Part shown: piece after piece, positions 44,501 to 57,635 of the stretch
How the letters are laid out: each line of letters begins with the position of its first letter
How positions within the stretch are numbered: position 1 is the stretch's first letter
NCBI GenBank assembly: GCA_000004695.1
Contig: CM000153.2
Coordinates: 2,080,001 to 2,144,000, forward strand
Source: Dictyostelium discoideum
Taxonomy: Eukaryota
Length of the DNA stretch: 64,000 bases
Direction: 5' to 3'
Translations under genes and position numbers: made by a program
The notes under the pieces: model-generated
The model's input: only the letters and a program-made list of their open reading frames with translations
Told to the model about the DNA's origin: nothing
Database searches by the model: none

Positions 44501-45011
44501 TTTGATCTTTGTAAATTAAAATTAAAAAATTAATAAAAACAAAAAGTTATAATATTTTTAAAACCATATCATATATGATTTTTCTTTTTTTTTTTTTTTT
44601 TTTTTTTTTTGGAAGGATACCTAGTCTTTGTTTTTGGTTTCAATAGATGATTAAAAAAGATATAAAGGGTGAATATAGATAATTTCGAACACTAAAATTA
44701 ATGATTAAAGAGCCTAATTTTAAAAAAAAAAATTAGGTCAGAGAATAAATTTATTTAAAAAATAAAAAAAAAACATTTTTCTAAATTAAGGAATAATTTT
44801 TATAGAGAATCTGATTAATTTTTTCTTTTTCAAACAAAACATTTATTTTTTTTTATTTTTTTATTTTATTGTGTTTATAATATATTTTTTTAAAAAATTA
44901 TATAAATTTGATTTATTGATATGATATTAAGTGATCATTAAAATTTTTTAATTTCTATAACTTCATTATTTAATTTTTTCAATTCCCAATACTTTTTTAA
45001 TTAAACACTAA

Positions 45012-46419
45012 ATGACAACAGAAAAAAACCCTCTCAAATTAACAACAAATAAAGTAAAATTATTTATATTAATTTTACTTGTTTTTTCATTTTATTTATT
45101 GGTTGTTAACGTTTTTGGTGATTTTTCATTTGAAATTAAAAATAGTTATGGTAATCATTATTATTTATATAAAATATATATATATATTTAAAAAATTAAA
45201 TCTTCTCAAGTTTAATTAATTTTTTTTTAAAAAACAAAAAGACTATAATAAAATTTTAATAATTGCAGCAGATAATTATTTTAATGAAAAAGAAGTAAAT
45301 GAATCATTTAGTAAATGTTCAAAATTTAAATGTAAAATTGAAATACATTCGGAGTTTTCAAATGAAAAAGCGGAAAGTGCCCAAGCAATAATTTACTTTT
45401 TTTCACAATATCAAGAGAGTAGTAATAAAATTTATAACAATACATTAAAAAGATATAATCCTAGGCAAATTACAATTGGATGGACAATGGAATCAGGTGG
45501 TCTTTATAGATTTGAAGGTGATTCTAATTTCATAATATCAAATTTTAACATTACAGTAGGTTATCCAAGAGTGAATGATTTTAATAAACAAACACATATA
45601 TATGTTCCCTATGGTCCAGTTGAATACAGTGGTTCAGATTCATATGCTCACTCTGCTAAATTTGATAGAATTAAAGAAATACCATCAAAAAGGAATAATA
45701 GCATTGTTTGGATTTCAAGTAATTGTTGGCATGAAGATTACAAAAGAGTTTATTTAATGAGGAGTATAATGAATATTACCAAAGTAGATTCATATGGTAG
45801 TTGTTTAAATAATATAGATTTCACTGACCAAGACAAATTAATCAACTCTAAACATGATCAAAAAATGGATGTATTAAAAAGATATAATTTTGCTATTGCT
45901 TTTGAAAATAGGTAAAATTTTTTACTTATAAATCCCTCTTCCTTTCTTATTTATCTTTAACTAATTTTATTTTATTATTATTATTATTTTTTTTTTTTTT
46001 TTTTTTTTTTTTTAATGACAATATTAAATAGTTTATGTAAAGATTATATCACTGAAAAATTATGGGAGAGTTTATCAGTTGGTACAATCCCTATTTATTT
46101 AGGTGCACCAAATATAATGGAATTCTTACCAGATCCAGATTCAATAATAAATGTTAGAGATTTTAAATCAGTTAATGATCTTGTTGATTATATAAAAAAG
46201 GTGGAAAATGACCAAAACCTTAGATTAAAACATTTAAAATGGATAAAAATAAAAAAATGGTCAAAAGAATTCCAAAATATTTACGATGAATCTGTTAATA
46301 ATTTGGACCCACTTTGTTCAATTTGTTCAAAAATTGCTTCAAAAAAAATATTAATTCCCAAACAATCCCCTTTTTTAGCTGGTAATGAAAGTAATTTTAC
46401 TTTACCTTTATTAAAATAA
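45012..46419 (+). CDS. Alpha-1,3-fucosyltransferase of the GT10 family, a type II membrane protein. Exons: 45012..45150, 45242 (or alternatively 45269)..45911 and 46032..46419. Predicted length 398 aa.
   Basis: Exon 1 encodes MTTEKNPLKLTTNKVKLFILILLVFSFYLLVVNVF, a short cytoplasmic tail followed by a signal-anchor helix. The donor tatg|GTAATC sits at 45151. Exon 2 ends ...KRYNFAIAFENag|GTAAAA. Exon 3 begins tag|tLCKDYITEKLWESLSVGTIPIYLG. The junction reconstitutes FAIAFENSLCKDYITEKLWE, which is the FucT signature Y.FYLAFENS...DYITEK(L/F)W. Confidence 0.7.
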
Positions 46420-47181
46420 ACTCTTGAAAAAAATAAAAATAACTAAAAAAGAACACATTTAAATTATATGTTTTAAAAAATTTTATTTATTTATTGTTTG
46501 AAAAAATTATTGTAAAAAAAGGGGTTAGTAGTAAATAAAATAAACTATAAAAAGTAACACCAACAAAAAAAAAAAAAAAAAAAAAAAACACAAAAAAAAA
46601 AAAAAAAAAAAAAGAAAAAATTCTTAACCAATAGATATTTTAATAATGCCAAGCCAATTAATTATGGTGCAGTTCGGTCAAAATGATGTTGTAAAAAAAA
46701 AAAAAAAACCCCACCCATACTAATAATTAATTATTGTTGTTGTTATGTTTTTCTTTTCTGTTGATTTAGACAAAATAAAATTTTTACAAGTCCATTGACA
46801 ATCAACAATTACAACCATTTGTGACATTTAAACTGTTTAAAATCACCAACCCAATTATGATTTACATATAAAGGCGATAAATGGGAGTAATTAAGCCAAA
46901 ATGGGTCGTCAAGAAAACAAAAAAGTCACCTTTGTAAACTGACAAATTTAACTCCATAGTGGAGACCCATTTAGCGATTAATAAAAATCAATTTAGGTTG
47001 TAGAATTTTCTGGCTTAAATCTTTTTTTTTTAAAAAAAAAATCGTACAAGAAAAGGGTCTACATATTGATTTAATAGTAAGGATCAGTATTTTTTGTTAA
47101 AAAAAGTACAAATTAGTGATAAATCACTAATAAGACCCCGAAACCTCCTATTTTATTTAAATTTTTTTAAAACGAGGGTGT

Positions 47182-47908
47182 TTAAGCAACTAATGTAATA
47201 AAAAAAAAAGTTAATAAAATGATTTTTTAATATTAAAAATAAAAAGATGAAATAATAAAAAAAAAAAAAACATACCTAAAGTTGAAGCGTTGTTAGATTC
47301 GTATTTCCAGTTTGGAGCTAAAGTACCGTTCTTTCTGTATGGACGAGTTAATCTGTGGATACGAGATTCAACTAAACGTAAATGGAATTTACCATCGTAA
47401 TCTTTACGGGCTCTTTGTAAATGTTTGTTGATGGTGACGGCTTTTTTGATTAAATGGTATAAATCTTCTGGGATGGTTGGGGCGAGACCGTTAACCTTTA
47501 AGATACGTAAGATTTTGCTACCGGTGACGTTTTTAACTTGGGCTACACCTAATGAATCTCTTAAAGATGAACCAATTTTGGATGGAGTATAACCTCTCTT
47601 GGCTAATTTGCAGACAGTTTCACAGACTTCTGAGGCAGTTGGTTTAGTCCAAGCATGTGGTTTTCTGTTGTATGGTAATGAAGAACCACTGATACCTTTA
47701 CTGTTTTAATTAAATAATAATAATAAAAAATTATTTAATTAATTTTTATTCGTTTTTTTTTTTAAAAAAAATTCTATTATTGTTTCTATTTTATTTCTAT
47801 TTTCTTTCATTTTATTTCATATCATCCATATTTTTTTATTTTTTTTTTTTATTTTTTTTTTTGCCAAAAAAAAAGTCATACATACCCGTTTGAATGCATA
47901 CGACCCAT
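47182..47908 (-). CDS. rps13: 40S ribosomal protein S13 (uS15). Exons on the minus strand: 47908..47886, 47700..47276 and 47189..47182. Predicted length 151 aa.
   Basis: This gene is absent from the ORF track because each exon is shorter than 60 codons. Exon 1 is ATGGGTCGTATGCATTCAAACGG followed by GTATGT. Exon 2 begins (acag|)tAAAGGTATCAGTGG and encodes [73 protein letters not shown]...[12 protein letters not shown], ending g|GTATGT. The 8-nt exon 3, TTGCTTAA after ATTAG|, adds VA and the stop. The result is collinear with human RPS13 (151 aa, ...ASALVA). The region has locally elevated GC. Confidence 0.85.
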
Positions 47909-48212
47909 GTTTAATTGTATATGTTAATTATCTATCGAGGAATTACAAAAAGACTGATTTCGAGAAAAATAAAAAAAAAAAGTAGGCCCCCGAAAAAAAA
48001 AAAAAAAAAAATTCGAAAAAAAAAAAAGAAAAAAAAAACTGAAAATTTTTTTTTTGTAAAAATAAATGCACGTCTGTAGTTCGGAAAAAAAAAACATTTT
48101 AGAATTTCCAGAAATTTATTTTTGTAATAATTAAAAAACTTTATTTACATTTATTATTATTATTTTTTTTTTTTTTTTAATATGATACATTTATTTAATT
48201 AATTGGTTTTTT

Positions 48213-48248
<36 letters not shown>

Positions 48249-48348
48249 ATTTCTTTTTTTTTTAGATTTTTTGATTTCTTTTTTTTTTTTTTTTTTGATA
48301 TTTTTTTTTTTTTTTTATAGATTTTTTTTTTTGATGTTTTTTTTTTTT

Positions 48349-49813
48349 TTAAGAATTAATTTTGGCGGTTGCACCATCAATTGTAGTTTGGCCATTATTA
48401 TTATTACTATTATTATTATTATTGTTATTATTACTATTATTTTGAGTACTATTACCTAAAGATGATTTACTTGATTGTTTTGAAGATTTCTTTAAATCTT
48501 TTGTTGCTTTCATTAAAACCTTTTTATTTTCTTCTAAAAGTATACCTTTTGCTTCTTCCCATGTGTATTTAATATCTTTTTTATAACGAGCAGCAATATG
48601 GAATGTATGTAAAGGTTTATTTGATTCTTGAATCTTTTGTTGATATTTCATTTGAATGAATTCCAATGCTGTCTTTACATCTGAACCACCCTTATAGTCT
48701 GGGAAACATTTACTAAGATCAGTTTTTTGAATCATTTGTTCAAATAAATCTTTTTTATTTAATACCAAAAATGTTGGGGTCTCTGAAAATATTGGATTAT
48801 TACAAATTTGTCCAAATAATGTTAATGATTCTTGCATTCTATTTTGTGAAGGATCTTCAAACATAACTTGATCATAACTATTTTTAAAAATAAAAAAAAA
48901 AAAAAAAAAATAAAAAAAAATAAAAAATAAAAAATGTTAATAAAAAAAAAACCAAAAAAAAAAAAAAAAAAATAATAATCATAATAATATATATAACATA
49001 CCCAGCTAAATTTACAACAAATAATAATGCTTTAACATCATCAAAACAATGAATCCATTTCTTTCTTTCATTTCTTTGACCACCAACATCAACAACACGG
49101 AAATGAACTGGACCTTCATCAAATTCAGTTACAGAGATACCTGTAGTTCTAACACGTGTCATAATACAATCTTCTTCAGTTGGTACGAAATCATCATCTA
49201 AAAATCTTTGAATATTTTCGAAATAATATGGTGTTGCATCTAAAAACCAATATTCTGATCTTCTATCCCAAATCTTTTGAATATCTTCATCCCTCCATAA
49301 TTCTTCAATATCTAAACCTATACTAACTGGCATTTGTTTAACTTCTGGTTCAAATTGGAATGATTTAACATTAATTGCTCTTTTCTAAAAATAAAAAATA
49401 AAAAATAAAAAAAAAATAAAAAAAATTAAATTAAAAAAAAAAAAAATATGTTAATAAATGAATAAAAATAAAAAGAATTGTTTAATATTATATAATATTA
49501 TATATATACAAACCTTTGTTTCGGGGTCAGTTAATTCAATACCTAAAGTTTCACCAGCTTCTAATAAAACTTGCATACAAAGTACTGTATTTTTATGAAT
49601 ATTTACAGCATAACTATGTAATTCATCATCATCGACTTGAATTTTATATATTGATTTTAATTGTTTTACAACAGTGGATTTACCACTTTCACCAGCACCC
49701 AACAATAATATTCTAAAATCTAACAAACCCTCTTTACCGGCTTGTACAAGATATTTATCTAATTGTTCGTTTGTTTTATCTTCTACTTGAACACGTGATT
49801 GATAGCAACCCAT
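48349..49813 (-). CDS. gpaH: Heterotrimeric G-protein alpha subunit with a roughly 60-aa Ser/Lys/Asn-rich C-terminal extension. Exons on the minus strand: 49813..49514, 49384..49002 and 48877..48349. Predicted length 403 aa.
   Basis: MGCYQS provides the N-terminal Gly for myristoylation. The remaining Ga hallmarks are LLLGAGESGKST, the switch region RVRTTGI..F.......F...[34 protein letters not shown] (split by an intron at AG|GY), MFED..QNRM.ESL.LF..ICNN..F..T...LVLNKKDLFE and HIAARY. Donors are aag|GTTTGT and gg|GTATGT. Acceptors are TTTTTAG| and AAAATAG|. The symbol is a guess from the length and the poly-Asn tail. The tail replaces the canonical ...KDCGLF terminus. Confidence 0.75.
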
Positions 49814-49980
49814 TTTATTTCCTAACTATATTTATTATTGGTTTTTTTTTTTTTATAATTATTATTAATGTTTGTACTGTTATTTAATTATATTACTATT
49901 AATATTATAACTGGTGTGTGTGAGTGTATTGAAGAGGAAAAAAAAAAAAATAACTTTTTTTTTTTTTTTTTTTTTTTTTT

Positions 49981-50014
<34 letters not shown>

Positions 50015-50647
50015 ATTTTTTTTTTTTTTTTTTTTTTTAATGTGAACGGGTATGTGATTTATTTTACTAATTTAATATTATTTAATTATTTATTCTACTT
50101 TTAATAGGGGATATTTATATTCAGCACAAAAATAAAATGAATTTTTTTTTTTTTTTTTTATTTTTAACAGTTGGTTGCGAAAGATTTTTTCAAAATAATT
50201 TTTTATTTTTATTTTTATTTTTTTTTTTATAATTTTTTTTTTTTTTTCTCGTTGGTTTGGAATCAAATAATAAATAAAAAATTGGGAATAATTTTTATTG
50301 TTAATTAAAATATTTACTAATTTAATATTATTTAATTGTTTATTCACTATTGATTTAAAAAAAAAAAAAATAAAAAAAAAAAAAATAAAAAAAAAATTAA
50401 TTCTAAAAATAAAAATAAAAAAAAAAAATAAAAAAAAAAAATAAAAAAAAAAAAATAAAAAAAAAAAAAAAATAAAAAAAAATAAAGTGGGTGTTGTTGT
50501 GGTGTGCTTTATTATTATTATTTTTATTATTATTATTATTATTTATTTTATATGTATTGTAACTACCAAGTTTTTGTTTCTATTTTTGTGATTAATTTTT
50601 TTATTTTATTTTTAATAATAATTTTTTAAAAAATTTTATTTTATTAT

Positions 50648-50689
<42 letters not shown>

Positions 50690-50922
50690 AAAGGGATAAC
50701 GTATATATTTGGATGGTAGTAAAATATTAATAATTTTTTTTATTTTTTTTTTTTTTGGAATCAATTTTTTACAAATAATTTATCTAAATATATCAAAAAT
50801 ATAAATTATTTAATATAATTAAATATATTTAAATGGTTTTTTTTTTTTTTTTTCTAAAATTACTTATTACTACTTTATAATAAAAATAATTGTTGAAATT
50901 AAATGTTTGATAGCTTTTGAGA

Positions 50923-50965
<43 letters not shown>

Positions 50966-51450
50966 ACAAATTATTGAAAAAAAAAAAAAAAAAAAAAAAC
51001 ACCAAAATTTTATTTTTTGTGTGATTACCATCAGGTAAAATCTTTTTTTATAATAATAACCACATTGTGTGGGTGTATCTTATTCATGTGATTTCTTTAA
51101 TTTTTACTTGTTTTTTTTTATTTTTCTACTTGTTCCGATTCATTGAATTTTTTGAAAAGAAAAATAATCAAAAAAATAACTCAGAAAAATTTTTCCAATC
51201 AAAATAAATATCAAAAATAAGTTCGCCCCCAATCATGATTAAAAAAAAAAAGAAAAAAAAAAATGCAATCAGTAGATTTTTTAAATCTAATTTTCGATTG
51301 TTAAATGAAAAAAAAAAAAATAAAAAAATTTAAAATAAAAAAAAAAAAAAAAAGATATTTTTGATTGATTTATACCAAAAAAAAGAAAAAAAGAATTAAA
51401 ATTTTTATCATTGGTTCAATCAATGATGGCAGCAAAGATACATGGGATTA

Positions 51451-51487
<37 letters not shown>

Positions 51488-51697
51488 TATTATTTTTTTT
51501 TTTTTTTTTTTTTTTTTAATCATATTTTTGATTATAGGGAATATAAAAAAAAAAAAATCTTTTTTCTTTTTTTTTTTTTTCTTTTTTTTTTTCTTTTTTT
51601 TTTTTTTTCTTTATGTATTTTTATTTATTTAATCCTGTACATTATATATAAAACTTGTATACTACATATATCAAAAATACAAAAAAACATATTTAAT

Positions 51698-51737
<40 letters not shown>

Positions 51738-51767
51738 AATCAAAAAATATTTAATTAATCAATAATA

Positions 51768-52049
51768 ATGTCTAAAAAATTATCTTCATTATCTTTAAAC
51801 TCATCAGAAGTTTTTCCAATTCAAATTGAATATTTGAAAAAATTGAAAACAAATTTTTCATTATCACTAAAACAAAATTGTTTAATTTTGTTATCAAAAT
51901 TAATAACATCAGAAAATAGTAATTTAAATTTAGATATATTACCACTAGATTTAAAACAAGAATTAATTCATTTCCTATTGGAATACAGATTATTATATAA
52001 CTATAATAATGTTAATCTTAATGGAAGTAGTGGGAATTTAAATAATAAT

Positions 52050-52083
<34 letters not shown>

Positions 52084-54716
52084 TAATATTTCAAACTGAA
52101 ATATTTCAATCAATTGCAGATAATAGGATAAAATCATTGGATTTTAGTGTTGTAAAAAGTAAAATTTCAATTGGTGATCCAACAAAGGATATTCTAAAAT
52201 TATGTACAGATATAAAAAATTTAGATTTTTCTAATTGTTATAATGTTAATGATTCATTTTTAAAAATTATTATAAATAATCTCCAATCATCATTATCATC
52301 ATCATCATCGTCATCATCAACAAATATTTCACCATTATTATTATCAAAATCAAAATCCATTGAATTCAATAGCAATGAAAGACTATCATCAATTGAAACT
52401 AATAGTAGTGGTAGTGATGATCCAAATAGTAGTGGTGGCTCAGCATCAATAATAATTCCACCAACACCAATACCACCACCAATCATGTTAAGTCAATTAA
52501 CACCAAAAAAACAAAAAAGATTTTCATTAAAAAATAAAATATTTTCAAAAAAGAAACAACAAGATGAAATAAATAACCCTGAATGTAATAGTAGTAGTAG
52601 TAGTAATAATAATAATAATAATTGTAATAATAGTCAACAACAAGAACTAGATCAACAAGTTCAAATCCAACAAGTTCAAAATCAACAACAACAACAAAAT
52701 CAAAAAAAATTAAAACAATCTAATGAAGAATTAAAAAGTAACGATGTGTTTATAACACCATCATCACCAAGACAAAATCTTCAAAGAAATTCAAGTATTT
52801 TATCAAATATATTAAGCTCAAATTCTCAAAAATCACCATCATTCAATGAGAATTTTGGTTTATTTTTCTTATCATTAAAACAATGTTCATCAGTTTCTGA
52901 TAAAGTTATTAGAAAAATAATTAAATTATCACCAAATATTCAATATCTTGATTTGACTGGTTGTAAAATAACTCCAAAAACATTGTTATATATAACAACA
53001 ACATGTACAAAATTAAAAACTTTAAATATTGGTAATATTGATTTCCCAATTTCTCCAATATTAGCTCAATCAATTTCAAAACTTCAATCATTAGCATCAT
53101 TAGATTTAAGCAGTATACCAAAATTAACAACTCAACTTTTAACAACAATCATTACCTATTCATCAAGTAATGGTATTGATCAACCCCACAGAGCAACTAT
53201 TAGTGAACCTCCAACTCCAAGAGAAAGAAATAGTACAAATAATAATAATAATAGTAATTTAAATCAAATGATGAATAAATTACAAATTTCCAATTCTCAA
53301 CAGCAACAATCACAATCGCCACCAACATCACCTGATATAAACTCATCAACAACAACAAATTCAAATTTATCTTTACAACATCAACAACAATCAATTCAAT
53401 CAACAATTAAAAATATAAATTTATCACCATCAATTCAATCATTAGCATCAATTTCAACAGCATCATCAAATTTATATACACCAAGATCAGTTTTATCATT
53501 TGAAATGTTTGGAGTATTTCCAAATACTTTATTAACACTTAATTTATCACAAACTGATATTGATGATGCAAGTTTATTAATATTGGCAAGAAGATGCATT
53601 TACCTTCAAGATTTAGATATTTCATTTTGTACAAAGATTACAAATCAAGGTTTAACTGATATATCAAATTATTTATGTACATTAGTAAGTTTTTCAGCAA
53701 AAATTATAAAAGCATCTTATGGTTTAGTTGATTTAATTATTGCAAATTTTAATTTAATTAAATTGGATTTACAATATACTAAATTGGAAGAATCTCATTT
53801 AAAAGAAATATTCTCAAGTGTAAATTTAACAAATTTAAATCATCTAAGATTAGACGGTACTCCAATCACTGATGAAATCTTTAGAATGATACCTATTCGT
53901 AATAAGAATTTAAAAGTGGTAGGTTTATCAAGTTGTAAAGGAATTTCATGGGACATATTCACAATTTTAGCAACTCAATTTAAAACATTAAAAAAATTAT
54001 ATATCTCTCATTGTAAAATGGGTGCTAATTCATCAATCAATATCTCTGGTGGTAGTGGTAGTAGTATTGGTCATTTAGAGAAGGTTAAATTATTTTTTAG
54101 TGAATGTTCAGAATTGGTAGTATTAGATATATCATTCACACCGTTAGTTAAAGATTCAATACTTCAACTATTAATTGATAGTGGTAGTAGTGATGATAGT
54201 AGTGGTAAAGTTGGTTGTTCAAGATCATTAGAATCGTTATTCATTGGTGGTGGTTTTCATAATCTTTCATCATCAATTTTACATAATCTAGTTATTGAAT
54301 GTAATAGAATTAGAGTTTTCTCATGTATACAATGTTATAATATAAAAGATGAAACAATATCACTAGCATTAGACAAATGGTTATTATTGGAAGCATTAGA
54401 ATTAACTGATTGTATTTCATTATCAACTTCAACAATTACAAATTATATTACATCTGAAACTTCTCATATTCATTCCCATCTTCGTTTTATATTTTTTAGT
54501 AATTTAATTAATAATGATAATTTAATTAATAATAATAATAATAATAATAATAATTTTAATAATAATAATAATGATAATAATAATGAAAATAGTAATAATA
54601 TTGACGAAAACTTATTATTAAACAAAGTTAAAGAAAATTCTTCATTAGAAATTTTTGAATTCAATAGAGAAATCACTTTAGAAAATGTTATAAATCAAGG
54701 ATGGTTAAATATTTAA
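51768..54716 (+). CDS. Leucine-rich-repeat protein of the cysteine-containing FBXL/AMN1 LRR type, 982 aa, with Asn/Ser/Gln-rich linkers.
   Basis: LRR_CC-like units recur, including LDLTGCKITPKTLLYITTTCTKLKTLNIGN, LDISFCTKITNQGLTDIS, VGLSSCKGISWDIFTIL, LYISHCKM and LELTDCISLS. It is a single long ORF with an ATG in good context. I see no clear F-box. Confidence 0.55.
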
Positions 54717-54829
54717 TAAAAAAAAAAAAATAATAATAATAATAGTAATAATAAAATATAATATGATATAATATAATTGAAATTATTAAAAATAATAAAT
54801 TGTTTTTTTTTTTTTTATTATTATTAAAA

Positions 54830-56505
54830 TTAATCTTCTTTGTTGACAATGTTATCACTATCTGTTTTTTCTTTTTCTTCTTTCTTTTCTTGTTCTTCAT
54901 TTTTTGTATCCTCTTTACTTTCTGTATTTATTTTTTCTTGTACCTCTTTGTTTTCTTCTTCTTTGTTTTCTACTTTATCATTTTTATTATCTTTTGTTTC
55001 TTCATTATCATTGTCGTCATCTTCGTTGTCATCATCATCATCTTCATCATCATCATCTTCTTCTTCATTATCATTATTATTTTCATTATTATTTTGAATT
55101 TGTTGAGTTTCTTGTTGTTGTTGTTCTTGTTGATTACCATAATAATAAGATTGAAAATATTGTTGAAGTTGTAATTTTTGATCATCAGAAAGTTTTGAAT
55201 AATCATAACCATAAGCTTGATAATATTGTTGCATATAGTTATCATATTGTTGTTTTTGAAGTTCTTGATTCATAGTACCAACAGAATGACTATAATAATT
55301 ACCAACACCATTTAAAGGTGCAACATCGACCGTTTCACCAGATTGTACTCTCTTTTGTAAATCATTGTTGTATTGTCTTGCATATGGGTGAGCTTCATAT
55401 TTAGTACTACCACGATATTGTAATTGATAAGGTGTCGAGGGGGATGCATTAATTGGTTGACCATTTTGGTCATATTGTTGATCAGTATTTGGATATTGAC
55501 CAGTCATTTGATATTTAAGAGCAGATTGATCATCTGGTGTCATCTCTCTAATTCTCTTATTTATAACCTCTGTTGCAACTCTATGTAAATTTCTTTCATC
55601 CACTTTTTTGGCATATGGATTCGAATCCTCTGTTGCCCATCTAATATTCAACAATTCACCATTATCCAATGTTTGATCTGTCATTGCCTCCTTGGCAAAC
55701 TCTGCTGACGATCTTGTTAAATATCTAACGAATGATATCGATCTATTAGTAATTACACGAACATATTCAATTCTACCCCATTCTTCAAAATTCTTTCTTA
55801 CCATATCTTCAAGTGATCCACTAACATTGGTTTTAATACCACCAATATATAATGCTATTTTATAAAATATTTAATTATATTAATAATAGTTTATTTAACA
55901 TATAATCAATATTTATTTATTTATTTATTTATTTATTACTTACTTCTATTATCTCTACTAAAACTACCAACACCATTCATATCGTCTCTGTCAGTTTTAT
56001 GTCTTTCTCTACCAAATATATCATGAGTTAATCTTAGACGTTTATCATCTTCAGGAGTTGGTATACGATGAAGGGATGTACAGTCGGCACCATTTATACA
56101 TTTACCCCTTGCAAAGTAACAACAGAAATTTGCGTCTTTATTAGCACGTGTTTTACCACAATCCTTTAAAACATTACATCTAGTCTCTGAAACATCTCTA
56201 TCTTTCCAATTTCTATTACCTAATTTCTTATGATACCATATATTGTATTCAGTGGTATCTGTATCATGATCTTCATATCTTGAATTTACATGTGTAGCTT
56301 GTTTTCTTGCTGGTCTATTCAATAATGATGCTTGTAATTCTATAATATCTGCTCCTACTTTAGTTAATCCGCTAGATTTTGGTTTTTTACTTTTCTTTTT
56401 ATCTTTTGTTGTTGCTGTTGTTGAGGTTGTTGTTGTAGTAGTAGTTGTATTTGGTGGTGTTGGTGTTATTGTATCTATTGATGATTTTTGTTTCTTTGAT
56501 GTCAT
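54830..56505 (-). CDS. cwc2: Pre-mRNA splicing factor Cwc2 with a torus domain, a CCCH zinc finger and an RRM, plus an acidic and Q-rich C-terminal tail. Exons on the minus strand: 56505..55944 and 55854..54830. Predicted length 528 aa.
   Basis: TEYNIWYHKKLGNRNWKDRD...ANFCCYFARGKCINGADCTSLHRIPTPEDDKRLRLTHDIFGRERHKTDRDDMNGVGSFSRDNR aligns with yeast Cwc2 (FNIWYNKW...[25 protein letters not shown]...FGREKFADYREDMGGIGSF). The donor a|GTAAGT and acceptor AAAATAG| join to give TLYIGGIKTNVS... (yeast TLYVGGI). The RRM carries EFAKEAMTDQTL and IRWATEDSNP (yeast EFAKEAMSNQTL and VKWANEDPDP). Confidence 0.75.
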
Positions 56506-57305
56506 ATTAATATTATTCTTGGTTCACTCCAAAATTTAATTTTTTAAAAAAATAAAACAAAAAAAATAAAAAAATAAAAAATAAAAAATTAAAAATAAAA
56601 ATAAATTAAAAAAAAAAAAAAAAAAGAAAATTTAGAAAAAAAAAAAAAAAAAAAAAAAAAATAAATAAAAAATTATAAAAAAATAAATCTTAAACTTATC
56701 GGTTACTGTTTTATTTATTTTTTATTTTTTTTTCTTGAAACTAATTATTTAAAACTCTAATTCAAAAAAACTATTAATAAAAACATTTTGATACTTGAAA
56801 AATAATTTCATTTTTTTAATTCTTTATCCTTTTTTTTTTTTTTTTTTTTTTATTAAACAATGGTTTAATTTTATTTATTTTTAATATGGATTCAATGTAG
56901 AAAAATAGAACACACAAAAAAACATAAAATCATATAAAATATAAAAAAAATAAATGAAATAATTCTTTTTTTTTTTTTTTTTTTTTTTTTGTCAAAAATT
57001 TTATTTTTATAATTTAATTATTTAACATTCATTTTTTGTAACTGTTTTTTATTTAGAAGAACAAAAAACAGGGAATAAATTCTAAATAAAAAATAGATTT
57101 TTATAAAAAAAAAAAAAAAAATTGGTATGAAAATAAAAAAAAAAATAATTAAAATAAAAATTTTTAAAATTAATAACCATTCCATAAATAAAGATTTAAA
57201 ACTCTTTTCAATTTAATATTAAATCTATCTTGATTTCACAATTGACTTTATTTAAAAAAATATGTCAAAAATTAAATTATCTTTATAATCTAACCTTAAC
57301 TGAGC

Positions 57306-57353
<48 letters not shown>

Positions 57354-57635
57354 ATAATTATTAAATTATTTTTAATATATAATAATAAGTTTTATACACA
57401 CTTTTAAATCTCAACTAATTGGGGTTAATATATTATAAAAAAAAAAAATAGGCTGGTTTCAAGTTTATAAGGTAATATAACACTGTGGATGGCGTAATCT
57501 GACATCAACAATTTTTTCATTTTTTTCAATTTAATTTTTTTTTAATTTTTTTTTTTTTTTGATGAAGGTTGTTTTTTCTATTTATATATTTTTCTTTTTT
57601 TTTTTTTTAATCAATCATAATCGAGTAATTACAAA

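Noticed and set aside
46898-46915. ATGGGTCGTCAAGAAAAC, whose first 9 nt match the rps13 start codon context ATGGGTCGT, considered as a duplicated rps13 5' exon or pseudogene.
   Set aside because: Only 9 nt match, the ORF stops after 13 codons, and no downstream similarity to rps13 exon 2 exists. It is better explained as one arm of the 9-bp inverted repeat discussed in the findings.
54800-55275. Plus-strand ORFs (54800..55174, 54840..55097, 54904..55275) and the minus-strand off-frame ORF 54970..55245, all overlapping the 3' part of cwc2.
   Set aside because: The region encodes the acidic and Gln-rich tail of Cwc2 on the minus strand. The listed ORFs are low-complexity frame artefacts (poly-F, poly-S, poly-H).
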